Below are positions 58,383 through 64,000 of a stretch of 64,000 nucleotides of DNA, one piece after another (the stretch's first letter is position 1; each line of letters begins with the position of its first letter). The notes below the pieces were generated by a model. It worked only from the letters and a program-made list of their open reading frames with translations. It ran no database searches and was not told the origin of the DNA. The translations under genes and the position numbers were made by a program. The DNA comes from a virus. Lineage: Duplodnaviria; Caudoviricetes. The stretch is taken from the IMG/VR virus record IMGVR_UViG_3300042558_004043; one strand, given 5' to 3'.

Positions 58383-58415
58383 TTTGCTTTTTTGGTATTT
58401 CTTTACTATATTTTG
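58383..58415 (+). promoter_or_regulatory. candidate Bacteroidota-type promoter for the R-M genes
   Basis: TTTG (58383)-N20-TATATTTTG (58407). Confidence 0.6.
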
Positions 58416-58431
58416 AATAAATCAGATAAAC

Positions 58432-59913
58432 ATGCAAAAACTTTCGAGTAACACACTTTCCATATTTGAATCCGCCACAAATGAAAAGGACATTGAAAAT
58501 GGATATAGATATTATTTCAAAACTATAATTGGTGATATAAATTTTACATCACCTTATGGTTGTGATGGATTTGGAGTTTCTGAAAGTTTGGGGATGAGGG
58601 TTCTATGTGAATTTAAAGATGACCTTAGTTTAAGTTCAAGAAACGAATTGGTTAAAGTTCTTTGTCAATCAATCTATTATATAAAGAAATTTGAATTATC
58701 AGGCCAGAAACTACCCAAAACTATTTTCATTGGGGATAGAAACGAATGTTTGGTTTTGCACGTTAATGACGTTTTCCATTATCTATCAATTAACTTTGAT
58801 TGGAATATCGCACCATCAAACGCTCACAAAAATTTGGACCTATATCAGAAATTATTTAATGATGATAATATTAATCCATTCATATTTTCTGTTGAGGATT
58901 TACCAACCGCTATCGATAAGTGTAAAGATTTGAATCAAAATGTTAAACGATTGATTCCGGTAACACCTCATAATATAACTGAAGTATATAACTATTTTGA
59001 AAAGAATGTTGTTGGGTCTCATAAACTATCAACCAATGAATTGTCAAATTTATTCATTCAGATATTAATATCACCCGGTGAAAACTATCTCCATCCAATC
59101 AAAGGAAAGAAAGTTGTTGTAACAAAAAACTTTGGTGAAGTTACTGTCAAAAGTAAGGAAGCGTTCGAATCTTTTTTCTCTCATTTTTCAAGGGAATATA
59201 CTCCAAGAGAAAAAGAAGCTCTAACTTCAATTGTTGACAGGCTTGTTGAAGATACAACTCGTCGTAAACAAGGTGAGTTTTTTACTCCAACAATTTGGGT
59301 TGATAAAGCTCATGAATATATTTCATCTGTATTTGGTGAGGATTGGAAGGAACAGTATGTGGTGTGGGACCCGGCTTGGGGGACAGGGAATTTAACCCGT
59401 GATTATAAGTTCAAGGAACTTTATGTTTCAACGTTGAACCAATCTGATATTGATACTGCGAATCAAATGGGATATAATCCTGAGGCGGTTAAGTTTCAGT
59501 TTGATTTTTTGAACGACCCCGATGAAAAACTTCCCCAAGGGTTAAAAAATGCTATTGATGAAGGTCGTGAGATTATTGTGTTTATGAATCCACCTTATGG
59601 GACTTCTTCCACATCGGAAAATAAACACAAAGAAGGGACTTCACTTACTAAAATTTCTGATATTATGAAATTAGAAAAATTAGGAAAATCTTGTGAACAA
59701 CTTTATGCTCAATTTTTATTTAAAATAAAATCATTAAAAATTAACCACATCTGTATATTTGCCAAACCTAATTTTTTTTCAAGTTCAGGTTTTACTGAGT
59801 TTAGAACAAAAGTATGGTATGAATATCACTTTAAAAATGGATTTGTAATGGATTCTTCAGAATTCGCAGATGTAAAAAAATGGCCTTTAACTTTTACAAT
59901 ATGGAACAAATAA
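58432..59913 (+). CDS. type IIG-like restriction endonuclease / N6-adenine methyltransferase fusion, lacking the TRD half
   Basis: PD-(D/E)XK-like CDG...CEFK...QSIYY; MTase motifs GEFFTP, WDPAWGTGNL, FDFL and NPPY. Confidence 0.82.
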   Translation: MQKLSSNTLSIFESATNEKDIENGYRYYFKTIIGDINFTSPYGCDGFGVSESLGMRVLCEFKDDLSLSSRNELVKVLCQSIYYIKKFELSGQKLPKTIFIGDRNECLVLHVNDVFHYLSINFDWNIAPSNAHKNLDLYQKLFNDDNINPFIFSVEDLPTAIDKCKDLNQNVKRLIPVTPHNITEVYNYFEKNVVGSHKLSTNELSNLFIQILISPGENYLHPIKGKKVVVTKNFGEVTVKSKEAFESFFSHFSREYTPREKEALTSIVDRLVEDTTRRKQGEFFTPTIWVDKAHEYISSVFGEDWKEQYVVWDPAWGTGNLTRDYKFKELYVSTLNQSDIDTANQMGYNPEAVKFQFDFLNDPDEKLPQGLKNAIDEGREIIVFMNPPYGTSSTSENKHKEGTSLTKISDIMKLEKLGKSCEQLYAQFLFKIKSLKINHICIFAKPNFFSSSGFTEFRTKVWYEYHFKNGFVMDSSEFADVKKWPLTFTIWNK

Positions 59914-60713
59914 AATTAGATGTTTTACAATCAAAAGATTTTTTAATCACAAAGATAGGTGAGAAAAAATTTTATAACATTGACAAAGAAGTTTCTTTGA
60001 ATAAATGGATGGACAAAAAATTTGGAGATAATATTTTTGGTTTTTTAATTTCTGATGCTAATAATTTAGAAAAAAGTGTTCGTTCAGTTTATTTCCAAAA
60101 CGCACCTGTTAATAATAACAATAAGAAATATAAAATTGGTAATCATAATTTTATTAAGGCAGTTACACTGTTTTCGGCCAGAAGATTACCAAATGTTACA
60201 TGGTTGAATGAAAAAGATGAATTTTTAGCTCCTACTGAGAATATAAATAATTTTTCATATGACTCAATTGTTATTTCACTTTTTAATAACGCTTCATATC
60301 AGAAATCCAATAATGAACTAAAAAACGAATTTTTTTGGTTATCTAAAAACGAAATGCTTGAACTTTCAAATCAAAATAATTATTCTGACCTTTATAATGA
60401 CGCAAGAACTGATTCAGATAGATACGTTCATAAATTACTATTTGGTGAAGAAAGAATTTATGATAAACTATCACCTGACGCAAAATTAGTTCTTGATAAA
60501 GCAACTGAATTAGTTAGGAAGTCAATGCAAATGAGAGAGATATTTGCAAACGATGAAAATCATCTTAAATCATGGGACGCAGGTTACGCTCAACTCAAAC
60601 TTATTTGGAAAGAATATTATGCTGATGAATTCAAAGAATTCAGACAATTATATAAAAATTTGGAAGACAGAATGAGACCATTAGTCTATGAACTAGGATT
60701 CCTTTTAAAATAA
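59901..60713 (+). CDS. target-recognition/C-terminal portion of the type IIG-like enzyme (alternative start 59880)
   Basis: Overlaps the MTase stop in the -1 frame; no catalytic motifs; ends with a helical WDAGYAQLK region. Confidence 0.65.
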   Translation: MEQIKLDVLQSKDFLITKIGEKKFYNIDKEVSLNKWMDKKFGDNIFGFLISDANNLEKSVRSVYFQNAPVNNNNKKYKIGNHNFIKAVTLFSARRLPNVTWLNEKDEFLAPTENINNFSYDSIVISLFNNASYQKSNNELKNEFFWLSKNEMLELSNQNNYSDLYNDARTDSDRYVHKLLFGEERIYDKLSPDAKLVLDKATELVRKSMQMREIFANDENHLKSWDAGYAQLKLIWKEYYADEFKEFRQLYKNLEDRMRPLVYELGFLLK

Positions 60714-60719
60714 AAAATC

Positions 60720-61562
60720 ATGTTATCATACATCGGAGGAAAATCAAAAATAGGTAAATGGATAGTTCCATATTACCCAACTGATATGGAAACATACGTG
60801 GAAACATTTGGAGGAATGTTCTGGTGTTTCTTTAATATGGATTTGAAACAATATCCAAATCTAAAACGGGTTGTTTATAATGACTTCAATCCACTAAACT
60901 ATAACTTGTTTATGTGTCTTCAGAACCCTGAAGTATTACTTTCAGCGGTTAATAGAATACCATGTCAACAACAAGGAGTTGAGGAAACACCAGTAGTATA
61001 TAAAGAACAGTTTAACGAGTTTCAAAAAGAAATATTCGGGGATGGTTTCACAATAAACTATCCTGATTATGATGTTGCCGCAAAATACGCTTATGTTTTG
61101 ACACAAGTGTTTAGTGGTTCTAAACCTGAAACAAGTTCATTTATTGACCTAAAGGGTAAATACAAATCAAAGTATCTTACGTTCAGAGACAAATTATCTA
61201 AACCTGATTGGGTAGAACATTTTAACAGGATAAGTCATTTTAGATTGGGTGACTTTGAAAATGTTATAAAAGAATTTGATAGTCCGACAACTTATTTCTA
61301 TCTTGACCCCCCGTATTGGAAGACCGAGAATTATTATTCAAATCACGACTTTGACCGAGATGACCACGAGAGACTGGCAAATGTGTTGAAAACTATTGAA
61401 GGAAAATTTTCGTTATCTTATTATGATTTCGTACTTTTGTCGGAGTGGTTTCCCCAAGACCAATATAGATGGGAAAAGAAAGAATTTGCTAAGGCTGCCG
61501 CGGCAAAGAAAGGACAATCCCAAAATATGGGAGAGGAACTACTTATTATGAATTATTTTTAA
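60720..61562 (+). CDS. Dam-like (D12 class) DNA adenine methyltransferase
   Basis: YIGGKS, YVETFGG, VYNDFN and FYLDPPY. Confidence 0.9.
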   Translation: MLSYIGGKSKIGKWIVPYYPTDMETYVETFGGMFWCFFNMDLKQYPNLKRVVYNDFNPLNYNLFMCLQNPEVLLSAVNRIPCQQQGVEETPVVYKEQFNEFQKEIFGDGFTINYPDYDVAAKYAYVLTQVFSGSKPETSSFIDLKGKYKSKYLTFRDKLSKPDWVEHFNRISHFRLGDFENVIKEFDSPTTYFYLDPPYWKTENYYSNHDFDRDDHERLANVLKTIEGKFSLSYYDFVLLSEWFPQDQYRWEKKEFAKAAAAKKGQSQNMGEELLIMNYF

Positions 61563-61595
61563 TTTATTCGATATTTATTAAGTAAAAACATTCAA

Positions 61596-62960
61596 ATGAG
61601 ATTTACACAACTTCTAACAAATTTGATTTTGGAAAATTCAAGATTCCAAGTTCTGTATGACAAAATGGTTAAACCATCCAAAGGACAAGAAGGTGAAGGT
61701 AGAAAACCTAAAGGTTTAATGGACTTTGAAACGCTCAAGGCGATTATTCTTGCGGACCCAACAACTAGAGTTCCTCAAGGTCAAGATATTGATGAACTTA
61801 GTGTTGAGGACATGGAGAATGTTAAAGTTGGTAAGTATACTCAATGGATGTTGAAAAATTTTGTACTTCCAACATTTCAAGATGAAAGAGCTAATATGGA
61901 AAAAGGTACCGCCGAATACAAGCGTGTGATGAGTGAATACCAAAGATTGTTCTTGGAAGACTTACACAAAATGACCGAAGACCTTAAAAAGTACGAGAGA
62001 TTTAAGAATCAGTTACCTCAAGATAAGAGAGATATTAATAAGATATCTTCAGACCAACTTTTTGATTTGGTTAAAGATTTTAAATTAGAAAAGACCAAAG
62101 CATCAAAGCAAGAGAAAGAAGAAGCTAAAACATCATATCAATACCCTGGTAGTGAAATTGTGTTTAGAGGTCCAAAATGGACTTTGATAAAGATTGAAGA
62201 CCAAGGTGCTTTAGGTAAAGCGGCGGCGGTTTTCTTCGGAGGATATCAAGATGGAGATAGTGGTGAATCTAGATGGTGTACATCGGCACCTGGGTTGAGT
62301 TATTTCAACGGGTATATTAAAGATGGTCCGTTGTTTGTGGTATTACCAAATGATGACAAAGGTCAGGTAGGTAAAAGAACTGGACTTCCCGTAGAGAGAT
62401 TCCAATTTCACTTCCCATCTAACCAATACATGGATAGACATGACAGACAAATCAATTTGGTAGAATACTTGAACGGACCAATGGAAGAATTAAAAGATTT
62501 CTTCAAACCTGAGTTCGCTAAGGGTCTTGTAAGTAAAGGTGGAAATAAAGTTGAAGTTAATTATCCTGATAGTTCGGCGGGTAAATTTATCGCTCTTTAC
62601 GGATTTGATGAATTGTTTGACAGTTTGCCTGACACAATTGAACATCTTATTGTTACAAACAAATCAAAAGAAAATATTGCTTTGGACGTTCCAGAAAGTA
62701 TCACAAGATTTAAGAACCTTGATGCTTTACTAATGTCAAATATTGTAAGAACATTACCTGAAAATTTGGGTGATTTGAAAAATTTGAAGTTTTTAAATTT
62801 GGCAAATAACAAAGATTTAGTATCTTTGCCTGAGTCAATCAAGGATATTCCTAATTTGGCACTACTGAATTTGAAAAAAGCTAACCCTAATGTTGTAATA
62901 CCACCAGCTTTAAAAGAGGTATTATCTGATGAAGGAGAAGGATTTTTCTATCTCACTTAA
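61596..62960 (+). CDS. protein with a WCT-motif domain and C-terminal leucine-rich repeats
   Basis: RWCTSA...YFNGY...GPLFVV...FQFHF...YMD; LRR units (LPENLGDLKNLKFLNLANN, LPESIKDIPNLALLNL). Confidence 0.75.
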   Translation: MRFTQLLTNLILENSRFQVLYDKMVKPSKGQEGEGRKPKGLMDFETLKAIILADPTTRVPQGQDIDELSVEDMENVKVGKYTQWMLKNFVLPTFQDERANMEKGTAEYKRVMSEYQRLFLEDLHKMTEDLKKYERFKNQLPQDKRDINKISSDQLFDLVKDFKLEKTKASKQEKEEAKTSYQYPGSEIVFRGPKWTLIKIEDQGALGKAAAVFFGGYQDGDSGESRWCTSAPGLSYFNGYIKDGPLFVVLPNDDKGQVGKRTGLPVERFQFHFPSNQYMDRHDRQINLVEYLNGPMEELKDFFKPEFAKGLVSKGGNKVEVNYPDSSAGKFIALYGFDELFDSLPDTIEHLIVTNKSKENIALDVPESITRFKNLDALLMSNIVRTLPENLGDLKNLKFLNLANNKDLVSLPESIKDIPNLALLNLKKANPNVVIPPALKEVLSDEGEGFFYLT

Positions 62961-62971
62961 AAAATACTCGT

Positions 62972-63262
62972 ATGAAAAACATTGATGTTGAAATCTACCT
63001 TAACCAACTCATCACATTTTTTGAGAAAAACCCAAACGACCTGACCGAACTCATTGGAACTTCAATGAAAGATACTTTTTTTGATAAAGTAAGAGAGGCT
63101 TGTACGGAAAATGTTGAAAATGGTGATGAGGTGACCTTAACAAATCAACAATTAATTGATATTGTTCTTGATATTAAAGGTGTTAAGGGTTCAAAAGAAG
63201 AATTAGAAGTTATTAACAAAATATTTGTTAAAAACAAGTTTGGAACTTTTTGTTTAAATTAA
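62972..63262 (+). CDS. hypothetical protein
   Basis: 96-aa ORF. Confidence 0.7.
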   Translation: MKNIDVEIYLNQLITFFEKNPNDLTELIGTSMKDTFFDKVREACTENVENGDEVTLTNQQLIDIVLDIKGVKGSKEELEVINKIFVKNKFGTFCLN

Positions 63263-63294
63263 TTTGGTGGGACAGAGTTTCCGCCATATATTTG
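63263..63294 (+). promoter_or_regulatory. consensus Bacteroidota housekeeping promoter
   Basis: TTTG (63263)-N20-TATATTTG (63287), an exact match to the -33 TTTG / -7 TAnnTTTG consensus. Confidence 0.75.
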
Positions 63295-63318
63295 TACCAC
63301 AATTAAAAACAATAACCC

Positions 63319-64000
63319 ATGATGACAATTCAAGACCTCAAATTCAAAGCTCCTTCAGTATTCACCACTGAAAAATCGCCAAAAGTATCTGACCGTTATA
63401 TGATGGTTCCCACTATCGATGTCGTAAATAAGTTTATGGATGCAGGTTGGGAAATATCAAAAGCGAATCAAGTTGGTTCAGGGCCATTTAACCGTCACTC
63501 AGTTCGTATGAGAAACTCAGTTCTCCCCAAGGTTGGTGACTCTTTGGTTGAAGCTATCATTACCAACTCACACAATGGTACATCTAAACTTGAAATCGGA
63601 GCAGGACTATTCCGACTCGTATGTTCCAACGGACTTGTTATCTCACAACAAGAATTGATTTCACTCAATCAACGTCACATGAAAATCTCAATGGACGAGG
63701 TTGAGATGATTACTGAGACATTCATCAAGTCAACACCGGTGATTGAACGTTCAGTTAACCGTATGTCTGAGATTAAGATGGATACAGACAAACAGGTTGA
63801 TTTCGCAACCAAGGCCATGGGTATCCGATGGAAAAACACTGAGGATATTTCCACAATGACAATTGATAGTATCCTTAATCCAATCCGTCGGGATGACATG
63901 GACCCGACACTTTGGAACACATTCAATGTGGTCCAAGAGAAACTAATTCGTGGTGGTTTTGTTAAACAACAGAGTAACAAAACACGTCAGGTGAAACCAA
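63319..64000 (+). CDS. DUF932/DUF945-like protein, 3' truncated by the window edge (not in the ORF track)
   Basis: Manual translation MMTIQDLKFKAPSVF...SDRY..VPT...ITNSHNGTS...GLFRLVCSNGLV; NSH.G and FR.VC.NGL are family motifs; frame open to the window end. Confidence 0.82.
   Translation, partial: MMTIQDLKFKAPSVFTTEKSPKVSDRYMMVPTIDVVNKFMDAGWEISKANQVGSGPFNRHSVRMRNSVLPKVGDSLVEAIITNSHNGTSKLEIGAGLFRLVCSNGLVISQQELISLNQRHMKISMDEVEMITETFIKSTPVIERSVNRMSEIKMDTDKQVDFATKAMGIRWKNTEDISTMTIDSILNPIRRDDMDPTLWNTFNVVQEKLIRGGFVKQQSNKTRQVKP

Noticed and set aside
58169-58431. tRNA or structured ncRNA in the longest apparent intergenic gap
   Set aside because: The gap is occupied by a 57-aa minus-strand ORF and divergent promoters; no cloverleaf seen here or in the other short spacers.
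63675-63980. Minus-strand ORFs of 101 and 61 aa near the window end
   Set aside because: Antisense shadows of the plus-strand DUF932-like gene, which the track missed because it lacks a stop in the window.
1-64000. Stop-codon reassignment as in some jumbo phages
   Set aside because: Genes tile densely in code 11; TAG (6492, 43609) and TGA (8807, 14329) end genes right before the next start.

Overview
This is a 64-kb segment of an AT-rich, very gene-dense lytic jumbo myovirus genome in the standard code 11. No integrase, tRNA or CRISPR array is visible. Left to right: (i) a replication and nucleotide block (5'-3' exonuclease fragment, DnaB/gp41-like helicase, class Ia ribonucleotide reductase nrdB-nrdA); (ii) a ~24-kb baseplate/tail operon (gp25-like, gp6-like and gp7/gpI-like wedge proteins, several giant Cys-rich proteins, SprB-repeat proteins), followed by a RuvC-like resolvase; (iii) an opposite-strand 10.5-kb cassette of modular proteins built from Thr/Pro stalks, a shared propeller-like domain, PKD and LRR modules; (iv) primase, PD-(D/E)XK nuclease, a secreted lytic transglycosylase, a rearranged Mre11/Rad50 (gp47/gp46) pair and a sigma70-family factor; (v) a membrane/lysis-like block with a degenerate amidase and a spanin-like pair; (vi) acidic mosaic proteins resembling protease-processed head-internal proteins, an Hc1-like DNA-binding protein and DnaJ; (vii) a split type IIG-like restriction-modification enzyme, a Dam-like methyltransferase, an LRR protein and a DUF932-like gene. 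A Bacteroidota host is inferred from TTG-N20-TAnnTTT promoters, A-rich translation starts with no consistent Shine-Dalgarno sequence, Gln+1 signal peptides and SprB/Hc1/DUF6576-like modules. A second motif, TATTTAT, precedes many structural genes and is a candidate phage late promoter. All family assignments are by motif recognition only; no database search was run.
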